Assembly (NCBI RefSeq): GCF_002571385.2
Contig: NW_019217792.1
Location: forward strand, 195,198 to 257,570
Reading direction: 5' to 3'
Source of the DNA: Stylophora pistillata
Lineage: Eukaryota
DNA: 62,373 bases
Every line of letters starts with the position of its first letter. Position 1 is the first letter of the stretch. Under the pieces are notes generated by a model. The model searched no databases and was not told the origin of the DNA. It worked only from the letters and a program-made list of their open reading frames with translations. Positions 1-12,131 of this stretch are shown here, one piece after another. Position numbers and translations under genes: made by a program.

Positions 1-1227
1 AAAAAAAAAACGAATGTAAAAGTAGACAAATTAGTGGTCTAGAAATTCCCGGCAGTCGCAAATTTCCACGATGTCATCAAGTCCTGTCGCGACCGATGCG
101 CAAATCATCGTGTATTCCGTTATTTTATTTGCTTTATTTAAGTGTTACCAGTTAGTAGAGGGTTTTACCGTTGGCTAGATACCATAATTTATTCTTAAAT
201 AAAGTGATTGTTTGATTGATTGAATGATGGGAAACTGAGCACCCTCATGAAGAATAATCTCGCTGCATCGAGAATACTCCAAGTAGCATTTATTGCAAAG
301 TGCAAAAAGCGAGCAAAAGGCCCAAAACCTGTAGAAACCGACCACTCTTTCCCTCTAACAAAAATTCACAACTGTAACTTAAAAAAAAGGGCTCTGAGTT
401 GTACTGAAAACAAAAAAAGTCAAGATATATAAAAAGAGAGTTTGTTTGGCTGCTTCTGTAGTAAAGAATAGTAAAATTATTAACTTGTAATTTTTATTGC
501 TAGACCGACTTGGATTCAGTTGTTTTTTAGTTGTAAAAGGATTACTGTGCAATCTGGGTTCACTATGGCAAGAGTTCGGACTGTTAAAATTTGACCGGCC
601 AAAAACGGGTAGTGTCCAAGCAAAAGCATGTTTGACCAGACAACGTGACCGGCGACTGCCCGTTAGTTATTTGCAGCCTTGGTAGGAGCTCAAAGTCCAT
701 GGCTTTTTCTAAAACAAGTAACTCACTATGCAGAAAATTATCTGGTTTGTCTCAGAATTTATACATTAGGAGATTATTTGAGAATTTCCTTGGCTGCAGA
801 TCACATGAACACAATTAAGGAGCATACTCTGGGAACTTAACCCAGAAACTACATGGTAAAAATCTTAAACCCACTTTGTGCACACCAATCTAAAAACAAT
901 GTATTTATTTTTTGCTTTAAAGGAGGAAAAAGTGCAGCCAACCAACGATTTCCCTTGCAAAAACCAAAAAGAAATCCAAAAAATGCCCAACTGCACAACA
1001 AAAATCTGAACCCCCCCCTTGGGTTTTTCCTCAGAGGCAATGCAGTCAGTTATTTTAGGTCTGAATTTTAATTGAAAATGATCACACTTTGTGCCATTTT
1101 GTCCTGACCAACCTTAATACACAAACTATGCACTTTGCTAGACGTGTCCTGGTATGGAGAAACAAAATTTGTTACCAAAAAAATTAATGAATACATTTTA
1201 GAAATCGCTGGTATTTATTTTGTTTAG

Positions 1228-2524
1228 GTGAGGAGCCAGGCCGAGGCAATGGCTGGTAAATCATTCAAGGAATTTAAAGCCATTTCCTATAGATCTCAAG
1301 TTGTACAGGGTATGAATTACTTAGTGAAGGTTTGTATTTGGTATTTGTAGAGATCTAATGCAATGTAAATGTTTTCTAGGCTTAAATTTTGTTGCAGAAT
1401 AGGTCAGGATAATATTCTCCTCTCCCCTTTAGATTGTAGTTCACCACTTAATGTCATAGAGATGGCCAAGTGATATAAGGATGAGGGATAGGAGGTGGAG
1501 GCTGTTGTTAAGAGTGTAAAGAAGTGCTCCTTCTTAATCATCTTTTGAGACTTGGTGGTTTAACCCTTGGCACACTTAGAATAATTTAAAACAAGTTATT
1601 CCACAGACTTAATCTAAAAGGCTATTTAACTATTTAAAAGATATTCAAAATTTCCTCTCTCTTTGCTTAGCAATTAAATTCGTATACAATTTCTTTTAAA
1701 AGATTAAACATTTTCATTTTTATTTGCCTCAAAGTTTGTTCCAATTTCTAATAGTTTGTGTGCAAAAAGTCCGGCCTCCTCCTGTATTTTTCTTTTAAAC
1801 AGGACAATGGAAATTTAAATTTGAAAAATGAGTAGATTGATTATGAATTCAGAATTTGTCTTTAATATAGAATTTATATAATCTGGAGTTGTACCCTCTA
1901 GTCTCTTAAAGGCTATAGAACATCCACTTTTACATGCCTTGATAAAAAATTAAATCCAGTTAATTTCATTAACCATAGTTAGTGTGCCTGTTGTTCTTTT
2001 AGCATCTAATATAATGCATGCAGCTGTCTTCTGCATCTGTAAGACTCTTTCTAGCAATTTCTTACTCCAAGATGACAAAATTGGACTGAGGTACAACATG
2101 ACTAGCTCTATAACAGCAAGATAAAAAATTTACTTGTGCCTTCGCTTGAGATAAGAACTAATATGCCTCAAAAGTCCAAGTTGTTTTGACAGTTTCTTAC
2201 ATAAATCATCCATGTGTGCTTCAAAGCTAAGATCTTAATCAAAGATTAAACCAGAGACAAATGCTGTCATGCAGGCTAAGCTCAGCCAGGATTTGAAACT
2301 TTACCAGCTTATTGGTAATTTGAAGTAGTAACCTTGTATCAGCTCCTTTTAAGGATAACTTCCGTTTTATTTCTCAGGTGCAAGTAGGTGACTCTTCTTA
2401 TGTTCATTTGCGCATACACCAAAGTTTACCGCAGGATGGATCAAAAATTGAGTTAATAGCCATCAGAACTGGATTGTCGGAAGATGACAGCTTGGATGAC
2501 TTTAAAGCTGATGGAAAAAATTAG
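1228..2524 (+). CDS. Type-1 cystatin (stefin / cystatin A/B-like), exons 2 and 3; exon 1 not found, presumably upstream of the window
   Basis: Exon 1228-1329 (102 bp, AG/GT flanked) encodes VRSQAEAMAGKSFKEFKAISYRSQVVQGMNYLVK, which contains the QxVxG motif. Exon 2378-2524 encodes VQVGDSSYVHLRIHQSLPQDGSKIELIAIRTGLSEDDSLDDFKADGKN*. The phase-0 exon layout is as in stefins. Confidence 0.9.
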
Positions 2525-4062
2525 TTTTTTGACCAATTAAAAATAATGGTAGTTTGGTTGGATAACTAGTCAATTCAGAATGTCTTTTTACAGCTTAAGA
2601 GGTCAAAAGAATTCATAACTGTTGGCACAAATTAGAAAGAAAAAATAATGATTAAGTTTTGTAACTTTTTTCAGTTTAAGTTAGCTTTTTGTAAGTGAAC
2701 CCACTATCTGCAACTTACTTGTAAAACCACTACTTAACAAAAAAGGAAGGCCATGAACATTTAAAGCACTTTGCACAAACTCTCCTTTAGTAATACAATA
2801 AAAGCATCTCAACGCGGAGGAAAATGTGTGTTTTGATAACCAGATATATAGGTAAAGTCTTCTCTCACGCTTAGTGCCCCCCCCCCCCCTCTCCTGAGCT
2901 TCTCCTGGCTTCTGTAGCAAGTGATTGGATGGGATGCCACTCCATCAGGGTTGCTGTTATCATTATATACTCTTGTGTGGGGTGAGGGTTAGGGTTTGAA
3001 CAAAAGCCAACCCTGCCTGAGAGCTTGAAGCTGAACTCCCAAACACAGAGTCTTGCTGGTTAAGGGTTAAAAACAGTCAATTTAACTCCTTTTTTTCCAA
3101 TGCAATTTTGACCAAGGCTTAATTGAGATGATCTACAATTCAAGGCCTCCTTCATGGAACTTGTCTCTCAGAGAAAATCAAATCCCATGTAACTTGAGGA
3201 AAACATGTTTAAGTTCCTTGTTTCCCACTGCCCTTCTTGATGAGATAGGATTCCTACTCACAGTGATGCTTGATCGTGGGAGGAGAATCACTCTGCAATA
3301 ACCAACATGTAACTATTGGCTGCCTTGTTTAACAAAGCCATTGACAAAAGCAGTAAACTAATGGAGGCATTTCATACTCAACAATGGTGAATCAGCCTGA
3401 TTGAATTGAATGATTATTGATAATTTATACTACCAAAACAGCATACAAATGAAAGTAGTGCTGTACAAAATATTTATTTTTAATTGAATCAGTCATAACA
3501 ATCAGTGCATATCAAAGAGCTATGGAGAGTGGCTTAGAAACAATTACAAGTAAGATACTCTCAATGCTAACTCTGGTGAGAAATACAGAGCATTACCAAT
3601 CAAAAATAACATCTGTCTTTTTAATATTTACCAAAAAACAGAGGTTTCTATTGAGACCCATCAGTAGCGTATTATTTTAGCAGCTATTGTTTCCCCAAAA
3701 TTCCCATGGTGTTTGTTGAAAAGGATGGTATAGTTTTCATGCAGTAACTCACTTCCTGGTTTAGAATTCTACTGACAATCAACCCTAATAAGAAAAGGTA
3801 AATATTGCTCCTCAAACAAAAGAAAATTAAAAAAAAGAAAAATGCTGGCCCTGCCATTTGTTGAAGAATGATGAAGAAAAAAGATAGACCACTGTGGTGC
3901 TTTGCTGTCTGTGTGGTCCAATAGAGTCAAGAAACCTAATTGGTCCCTCTACCTAAACTGCAATCTTGCTGAGTATCAGAAACACCCATCAAATCAATAC
4001 ATACATGGGATAACATTTGAGTTAAAATGACTTGAATTAATCCTAACTGGATGTTGCAGATG

Positions 4063-7000
4063 TCATTGTGGTTTGAAATACTTCCAGCACCGTCCAGTGA
4101 AAGCCTAAAATGCAAAGAAAGAGTAGATATTTATAGGTCACAAACTAAAAGTCAGAGAGAGGAAAACAGTTCAAAGATTTAATCAATATATTAATAATTA
4201 AAAGTACCGTGGTTTAGGGTGAGGTGATAGTAAAAACTTTTCATAGTACAAATAGACGCATAAGAAACTGCAATGTCTTTATTGTCATGACAGCAGTGAA
4301 ACTTCGCTTGTCACACCTTTTCAAAAATTCCATAACTTTTTTTTTTTTTTTGTTCTTCCTTCCATATCTAAATATTTTTACTGTCATCACTACTTGCTTC
4401 CATGCATAAAGGCTCTAAATTTAGGACTGAACAAGAGGCACAAAGGATATCACAATATCAACCTACCTTGAGGGTCCGGTTTTGTAAAACTTCTTCCACA
4501 CTAAGTTCAGTTTGCATTAACCTAAGCTGTAAATGAAAAGAAAAATCCAGACAAGCTGATTTCGTTAGTGATCCTCCCCACTATTTGCCATACAATTCTT
4601 ATGATGTTAGTTGGAGAATTTAGTATCATAATCAATTAAAAATCCCTTAATTGTATAGGTAATCACATGCTTTCAAGTGCAATTTAGAATAAATAAGCAC
4701 GAGTTAATATCTTCAAAGACTAACAAAATTGCATGAGCCCATAGGGCAAGTGCAATTTGTGGTCTTTGAAAAAATTTACAAGTGCTTATTTATTCCAAAT
4801 TGCATGAGAAAATCATGTGATTATGTATTAATAATATACAAGAAAAAATACGAGGAAGCTTCTCATAAATATGCAAAAGAAAAGCGTGTGCATCATGTGC
4901 AAAAATAATTTATTCAAACCCTGCAAGTGACATTGACCTTGACATTGACCAATCATTCTGACCAATCAGAATGTCCAGTTAGTTACTTTCTTTGCGCTGA
5001 ATTAACCCTCTTCTGCACTGAATTACCTCTCTTCTGCACTGAATTACCCGAAAACCGCATTTATCTTAACCAACCAGAACGGAGTAATTTTTTTCATGTA
5101 TATTATTAGGTTTGATATTGTTTTTTAATTCTCATCACTTGTCTGCTTGATATTGTATTGTTATTGTAAGGAGAAACTCTGGCTTGGTCATTCATTGGAG
5201 TTAAAGGGTTAATGACGGGAAAAACTGGAATATACTGACCAACTGTCCAGTTTTGCCCATCACTCTTGCATACATAGAGTATGTTCACTCACATAGTACA
5301 GAACTCATCCAAATTAATTAGAAAAAAAGTAGAATGTCGACACAAGAATAGAATGAAAATTGAACAGGAATGGCTTGTATACTTCAAGTAACAGGCTTTT
5401 TGCCAGATGGGCATCCATGCGGACCCCCACATTTTGAGGGAAATCCTCTTTTTTCTTTCATCTTGACATTGATCTGCTCCCTTTTAGCATAGCTAAATTT
5501 GGATAGCTTCACAAAAAATAATCACTATCTTTTTTCTTCCCTGTTGGATCATTTTGAGAAATTATTTTGCAGTCTTTTTCATTAGAGATGAGTGAAGATG
5601 GGACAGTAGTAAGAGTGCTCACTTCCTTGTGGCTCTTCTTGTCCACCATTCCCAGGTCAAATTGGAAGGTTGAACGATGAGGTTTTTGTGCAGGGAGGCA
5701 AACTGGAGGACCCACAGAAACTACCCTCTGGGCAAGGACAAGAACCAACAACAAACTCAACCTATATGTGAAGCCAGATTTGGGAATTGAACCTGGACCA
5801 CCGTGTTAGTAGAATGCCCACTGCTAAATTCCCATTATTAAATTCCCATTATTTCACATTACTGTTACCTTTGTTTGTTCTTTTTTAAGATTTCTCATGA
5901 TTTGACCATTCTCAGGGTTCTTTTCTGTTTCCTCTCTGAGTTGTTTGGTGTTTTCAGAAACTACTGTGATACATTTCTTAATGGCTTGATCTCTTGTCAT
6001 GTAGCCTGACATCAACTGCATATTGAAAAAGACATTGAAATAAAGAAAAATAATTCGAAGTAAGTCACTCAAAGAATATGCATAAGGTAATCATTACTAT
6101 TTAATGAATTCCTGATAGCATCATCACTTGGCATTATATTATTTGGGAACACAAGCATATGCAAGGCTGTGCTCTAAGGAAAACTGAATGGAGCCAGTGC
6201 TCTGAAACTGTGAAATCCACGGTGCTCAGCATAGGCTTAATATGAAAAAACTAAAATTCTTGAGTTCCCCAAGAGCAAGAGTAAGGCACCAGGGGCCACC
6301 AGGCACTGCTAGACCACAGCCTTTGTATGCAAGGTTATTCTCCATCTCTACACAAAATAAGTCCCTCACGACATTAAAATATTCTACTGAGAATTCTGGG
6401 TAGCAGGCAGACAAGTCTCCCATCTTTGATGCCTACTGAACAAAATATATTTAACCACCTTGTTATTACAAAGACTGAGTGAACCTTGACTTACTCTTAT
6501 AAGCTTAGCAAACTGACTGATCCAAATACTAAAGCCAGTTTTTTTTTTTTTAATGAGGCGGTGGTTGTAGCAGTACAGTTTGATATTGTTTCTCATTTAC
6601 CTCGTTATAGAGTTCTTGACATTTTTGTTCAGCATTGATTTCACCAACAAAGGAATCTGTTGGAATACTTGTGTTCAACTTATAAATGATTGCATCATCA
6701 ACAAGTCTTAGGACCTTCAATGCTTCCTGCAACAAGACCAGATAATAAAGAAATGTCTTTTTATTTCGGTTTTTTTTTTTTTTTTTTTGATGGAAGATGC
6801 ATGAGCCTCGCGGTCAACACAACATGCTCCGGATAAAAGTTCTTACTCTGAGCTCTGGCCAAGTAATTAACCCTTTACACCCTAACATTGTTATGCATAT
6901 TCTCTATACTGTTCTCTGTATATTTCCTTTGGAGCTGGCAAGGAGAATTTGTTTAACAATCAAGAGCTTCTTTAGTTTGTCATCAGTTCCTTCATTCTCA

Positions 7001-7928
7001 TGACCTTAAAATATGATCTAGGGTTAAAATTGCATTTGTAGGGAAGACACTTCTCTTCTCTAACTTCTCTTCTTCCCTGAGGAGTACAAAATGCTAAAAG
7101 GTTAGCATTATATCAAGGGAAAGAAGCAATTCTCTTGGTCACCTGGGGCTACAGTAAGAGGTAATAAGTTCATTTCCCATATAGTGAATGATGCATTCTG
7201 GTTCCTTACCTTAAGAGCTTTTTCATATTTAGTGCCAAAATGTTGTATTGTTTAACATTTCCACTGAGGATAGCGTTTAGAAGTAACAGATTCAGTCTGA
7301 ATTTTTGGTTACATTTTGCCAGGCAAAAGAGAAATTTCCCCAAGACAATGATTCCCACAGTTTCTCTTAGGGTTTCTCTGGCAAATGTACTGGTGATAAT
7401 GGATGACCAAGTGGTAAGTTTTCTTGAAAATGGTAAATCTGCAATAGGATAGGTTTGATTGGGTCTCTTCAAGCTATAGGGCTAACAGAAAAATACAGGT
7501 CTCTTTTATTGTAAGGATAGCCCAATCCTATGGGCACACACCCTCTTAACACCCTCTGACAACCCCCCCTCCCCAAGAAAAAAATATGTACTCATAAACT
7601 GTATTCAGCAGAAGTCCCTTGAAGTTTCCAGTTGTTTGACTTAACACTTAAATTTTTATCAGATGGTACTAATTACACAGAATGACTGTAAAATGTTACA
7701 TCCTTCCTAATAAGTAACTTCTGCAAGTAGATGACGAAATCAAGTTCTAGCCTATATTGGATTATGCTGCCTGGCAATGCAACTGTAGTGCAGTTTTTCA
7801 AACATTAGCACTAAAACACAAACGATATTTCAGCCGATGTATTCAAACATTACGGTAAAGCCAGATACCTTGAATTCCCCAAAATCTTCGCATGACATTC
7901 GACTCAGCTCTTTTCCACCGGTGGCCAT
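4063..7928 (-). CDS. CCDC58: CCDC58 / MIX23 mitochondrial intermembrane-space protein, 5 exons, 144 aa
   Basis: Exons 7869-7928 (MATGGKELSRMSCEDFGEFK), 6601-6726 (EALKVLRLVDDAIIYKLNTSIPTDSF...KCQELYNE), 5869-6015 (LMSGYMTRDQAIKKCI...LKKEQTK), 4467-4526 (LRLMQTELSVEEVLQNRTLK) and 4063-4104 (AFTGRCWKYFKPQ*). All introns are GT-AG and phase 0, and the motifs are typical of CCDC58/Mix23. Confidence 0.92.
5610..5810 (-). mobile_element. Degenerate tRNA-derived SINE
   Basis: B-box-like GGTTCAATTCC followed by the central GGTTGAGTTTGTTGTTGGTTCT...CTCCAGTTT domain. Related fragments lie at ~43990-44050 and ~46052-46200 (+). Confidence 0.55.
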
Positions 7929-8243
7929 TTTAATACACACGTGCAAAGTAGATGTTCTGCTGGTTGTTAAATGAACATGGTACTAGTCCGCTGACCAGGT
8001 AATGTCCCAAGAAAGTTACGTCATAAAGTTTTAACCACCTGCCGGTGTTCGAAAATGACTTTCCGAAGTTTAATGATTAATAGACGAACGCCAAAAATCT
8101 CGAAATAATGGCGTAATGTTTGTTTTTCAGACTGATTTTTGATCATTGCTCTCTGCTATCAAGAGGACAATTTTGAAAACTTACCATTGGATTTTGATGC
8201 GTTGAGCTCAGGGTCCAAAAGATTTTGATGGAATCATTAACTG
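7929..8243. promoter_or_regulatory. Putative bidirectional promoter between CCDC58 and the TTLL2-like gene
   Basis: The two start codons diverge with 315 bp between them. The interval is locally CpG-rich and contains E-box CACGTG (~7938), CRE-like TTACGTCA (~8016) and YY1-like AATGGC motifs. Confidence 0.65.
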
Positions 8244-10343
8244 ATGGCGTCCGTTGTGTTCCGGCTTTGCGACAAAGCGCCGGATATTCTCAGAGAAGTA
8301 TGTCTAGAACGTGGATGGGAAGAATACGACGAAAGTAGAGATGAATCGAATGGCGAGTGGAATCTATGGTGGAAAACTCAGGGCTTTACTTCAGGTGAAT
8401 TCGAACACTGTCGTCCATGGCAACGCCTGAACCACTTTCCCAAATCGACAAATATCACCAAAAAAGATGGTTTAGCCAGAAATCTTAGGCGAATGAGAAC
8501 TTCATATGGAGGCTCCATGTTTGAGTTTTTTCCACAAACATTTATCCTTCCTAGTGAGTTTAAGAAGTTTGTCGCAGAATTTTTTAAACAAGATAGTGGC
8601 CAGAGATCCAAATACTGGATCTGCAAGCCGACTGAGCAGTCTTGTGGAAGAGGAATTTTTATTTTCCAAGATTTACATGATCTCACTTACGACTGTGCTG
8701 TTGTTGTGCAAAAATACATAATCAAACCATTTCTTATCTCGGGTTACAAGTTTGATTTGCGTTTGTATGCCATAGTCACATCGTATCATCCTCTCCTTCT
8801 CTACATCTATCACGAGGGTCTTGTGCGGTTTAGCACAGAAAGATTTGATTTGTCCTCACTTGACAACCGTTTTTCACATCTTACCAACACTAGTATTAAC
8901 AAAACTGGACCACAGTATTCAGCAGAAAAAGAAAGCATTGGAACTGGTTGTAAATGGACACTGAGTAAACTACGTCATTTCTTTCACAAACATAACATTG
9001 ACGATCGCCTTTTGTGGCACCGCATTACATCCATCATAATCATCACACTGCTTTCACAAATGCAAGACATACCCAGTAATAGTTCAAACTGTTTTGAACT
9101 ATTTGGCTTTGACATTCTTATTGATGAAAAATTGAAGCCATGGTTATTAGAAGTGAATTTCTCACCAGCACTGGGTAATGATTGCAGTCAAGATGAGATA
9201 GTGAAGAAACCATTGTTGAATGATATTTTGGAGAGCCTAAACTTTACTGAGCTGGACATCAAGAGAGGGGAAAGAGAAAGAGGAAGTAATTCAACCAAGA
9301 AAAAGGGGTTGAAAGGAAGCATTGCAAAAAGTGGCTCAGCAAGAAATGGTAAAAGCGTGTCCTTAAAATCCAAAATTGGCTTCAATCTCTCTTCACTAGA
9401 AGCAGAATCCAGATTTAAGCAACATGGTGACTTTGTCAAGGGACCGGTTTTAGACGGCAAGAAGCAGTATGCTCATATGGGTCCTCAAAATCAAAAGCGA
9501 AGCTATCTACAAAGACAGAAAGGTGACATGACTCTGGCTGTTTTCAGTGAAAATGACAATAAAGCAACAAATTGCAACCATAGTGGCAAACTGCCATCTT
9601 CAAAGAACAGTTTTTGTAGTTATGGAAGACTAATCACTTCAGAGGATTTTGTCAAAGCTGGAAAAATCAACTGCAATGAACCTGGTCAAGATGAAATGAA
9701 CAAAAACAAGTTGGCATCATGTGATGATATAGGTTTTCAGAGTAATCCTGATTTTGCCACATTTGCAGAGAAAAATCTTTCACTTTCAACAGATCCAAAA
9801 AAAGAAGTTGAGAAAAGTTGCACAGTACGGGAACCGTTATTGTCTTCACCAACAATAAGAGGTCAAAGTGACGGTCAGACATCTCTGCATTTATCCCAAT
9901 CTGCAAACACATGCAAGCAGCTGCCACCTCACCTGCGCTTTTGTCGCTCTAATTCAGAAGCATCATCGCTGAAATCTCTTCATTTAGTTGATAAGGGCAG
10001 TTTGTCTAACGGAAGTCCAAAAACCTTGCACCACATTCCCTCCAAGTACTCAAGGTGCCCTCCAGGGAGAACTCCTAGAAACAAAGCAACTTCGGACATT
10101 GTGAAACTTCAGCCTAAAATTGGTAATTGCATTCTTGCCTTTCCTTTCAATGAAGTGACACATAAGGCCAGTAAAGGGAAGCTTGAGCAGAAGATAGTTG
10201 TTGAAGAAATCAGGAAAATGTTGAAAGCAATAAGTAATGACATAAAAACAACACCACTACAAACCAATGAGGAATCACTGGATTTACAAAAACCATTTTG
10301 GGGGTATAGGTTAAAATTCAACACCTTTTACAGCTCCTTATAA
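8244..10343 (+). CDS. TTLL2: Tubulin-tyrosine ligase-like polyglutamylase (TTLL2-like), single coding exon, 699 aa
   Basis: TTL ATP-grasp motifs: QRLNHFPK, WICKP...GRGIFIF, VVQKYI..PFLISGYKFDLRLY, EGLVRFST, HLTNTSINK, CFELFGFDILID..LKPWLLEVNFSP. These are followed by a long low-complexity C-terminus. The subfamily call is from recollection of TTLL2 motifs. Confidence 0.85.
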   Translation: MASVVFRLCDKAPDILREVCLERGWEEYDESRDESNGEWNLWWKTQGFTSGEFEHCRPWQRLNHFPKSTNITKKDGLARNLRRMRTSYGGSMFEFFPQTFILPSEFKKFVAEFFKQDSGQRSKYWICKPTEQSCGRGIFIFQDLHDLTYDCAVVVQKYIIKPFLISGYKFDLRLYAIVTSYHPLLLYIYHEGLVRFSTERFDLSSLDNRFSHLTNTSINKTGPQYSAEKESIGTGCKWTLSKLRHFFHKHNIDDRLLWHRITSIIIITLLSQMQDIPSNSSNCFELFGFDILIDEKLKPWLLEVNFSPALGNDCSQDEIVKKPLLNDILESLNFTELDIKRGERERGSNSTKKKGLKGSIAKSGSARNGKSVSLKSKIGFNLSSLEAESRFKQHGDFVKGPVLDGKKQYAHMGPQNQKRSYLQRQKGDMTLAVFSENDNKATNCNHSGKLPSSKNSFCSYGRLITSEDFVKAGKINCNEPGQDEMNKNKLASCDDIGFQSNPDFATFAEKNLSLSTDPKKEVEKSCTVREPLLSSPTIRGQSDGQTSLHLSQSANTCKQLPPHLRFCRSNSEASSLKSLHLVDKGSLSNGSPKTLHHIPSKYSRCPPGRTPRNKATSDIVKLQPKIGNCILAFPFNEVTHKASKGKLEQKIVVEEIRKMLKAISNDIKTTPLQTNEESLDLQKPFWGYRLKFNTFYSSL

Positions 10344-11179
10344 CTAGATGTTCAGTGAAGAAGTCTTTTTTTTTTTTCTCTAATTGCATGATCTTGAAGA
10401 GTGTTGGTGTTAAAGCTATAATATATTTTTTTTTTAATTAAGGATAATAATTTATGCTGGTGTGGGGTTTAAAATGCAACAATAGTTATTGTGATGTCAA
10501 TAGTTTGAATTGATGTGTGGGGAAAAAAGATGTAGATGTAATTAAACTGCATCCTTTAATAAGAAGGAAAGGTGATAGAGAAAAAGGTTTAATTTCAAAA
10601 TAATTGAGTGAAAGTGTATTATTTAAATCATTTGGAGAGTTTTATATATTTTCAGTTAATAAACGAGTGCTTTGAATTAATAACTTAGGTTAGGTTACTT
10701 GGAATCACTCACCAAAATATATGTTGTGTGTACATGAAAAATCAATATCTTTAATTAGTAAGAATAGTTTTCCTTTTTTCCCCAAAAGGAGAAACAGATA
10801 GAACATGAAACAATAAAAATGTGCAGCTATAAACTTCAACATTCATGTGAATTTCAAAAAAGTATTCCTAGTGAAGTGTTGCACACTGTATTTACTTTGC
10901 ATATCACCTCCTTTGTAAATCTGCCATTGTACAACTTTATGACTTTTGTATTAGGTAATTGATCAAACTTTTCACTTCCATTAGTAACTAAGAGATAATT
11001 TCTCCTAACATTATCAATACACTATCGAACAGAGAGGTGTTTAGTGTAAAGAAAATATCAATTAGGACATACTATTTGATTTAAAACAAAATTCTCAGAA
11101 CTGACATGTTAAGAAATGTATGAAGGCAGAGAGGAGAATTCCTCTGGAGATCTTGGGAGTGAAAGGGTTAAATCCTGCG

Positions 11180-11373
11180 CACTAGTGAATTTGGCTGATT
11201 CACATAAGTGAGAATCCGCACTAATGATTTTGGCTAATTCACATAAGTGAGAATCGGCACTAGTGATTTTGGCTAATTCACATAAGTGAGAATCCGCACT
11301 AGTGATTTTGGCTAATTCACATAAGTGAGAATCTGCACTAGTGATTTTGGCTAATTCATGTAAGTGAGAATCT
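11180..11373. repeat. 39-bp minisatellite, about 5 copies
   Basis: The unit CACTAGTGATTTTGGCTAATTCACATAAGTGAGAATCCG repeats head-to-tail with no spacers. It produces the spurious ADSHLCELAKITS repeat in ORF 11109-11468. Confidence 0.95.
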
Positions 11374-12131
11374 GACAATGAAAAAACTTGTCTCATGCAT
11401 GTCTGCTCTTTGGCATGAATCTTGTTTGCCTGCTCATTGCTTGCTAAAGAAGTGTAAAATTTTGTCAAAATAGAGAATTTTCATTTTGGCTAAAGTGCTC
11501 TAAGAGAAAATTTTGATTTGATGGAGAGAAACTGCTTCAGATGTCAGATGCGATACAGGGTGATTTAGAGTGCTTAATTAAAGCATCAATTTCAAAAATT
11601 TGGTACACAACTCTGTTTTCTAACTACAACTCTCTCCCTATTTAGCAATTGCTCCCACAATGAAATGTTTTCAGTTATTTTTTGGACTTTGATGCTAGTC
11701 AAAGTGTGCAAAAGATTTGTCACAGTCAAATCAAATCTTAATTTCTTCACTGTGGGGAAGGGGTGGGTGGGAGTTGGGAAGTTGAGTCCCTTCAGTAATT
11801 TTCAAGGATAGTCTTTATTGCAGCTGAACAACTCTTCTTTTTCCTGAACCTTCCCCTTCTGACCCTCAATTTCCCTCCCCCCCGGCCCAACACCCTCTCA
11901 AATTTTAGAAATGAGACTAATCCACCTTGAAAAGTTTCCCATCGCCAATGCTACCACTTCATGAAATTCTCTCAGCTTCCATAAGCGCACCCGCGTTGTT
12001 TAGAAGTGTACTTGTCAGCGGCTGCCATTTAAGTACATGTGATCCATTTCTGCATGTTTCATATAATTTGAGAATTAGAGAGAAGTTTTCTGTTATCTTT
12101 ACCTGTAAAATTCGAGGTATTCCTTGCTATA

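Noticed and set aside
8378-10324. Antisense and alternative-frame ORFs within the TTLL gene (likewise within GOGAT exons and the transposase)
   Set aside because: Shadow ORFs of real coding sequence.
11109-11468. 119-aa repeat ORF / CRISPR-like array
   Set aside because: Tandem 39-bp units with no unique spacers and no cas genes in a eukaryotic context; the ORF is a by-product of the 3n unit length.
11957-11972. HSE in the CHORDC1 proximal promoter (cTTCatGAAatTCT)
   Set aside because: Only two perfect units, too weak to call without data.
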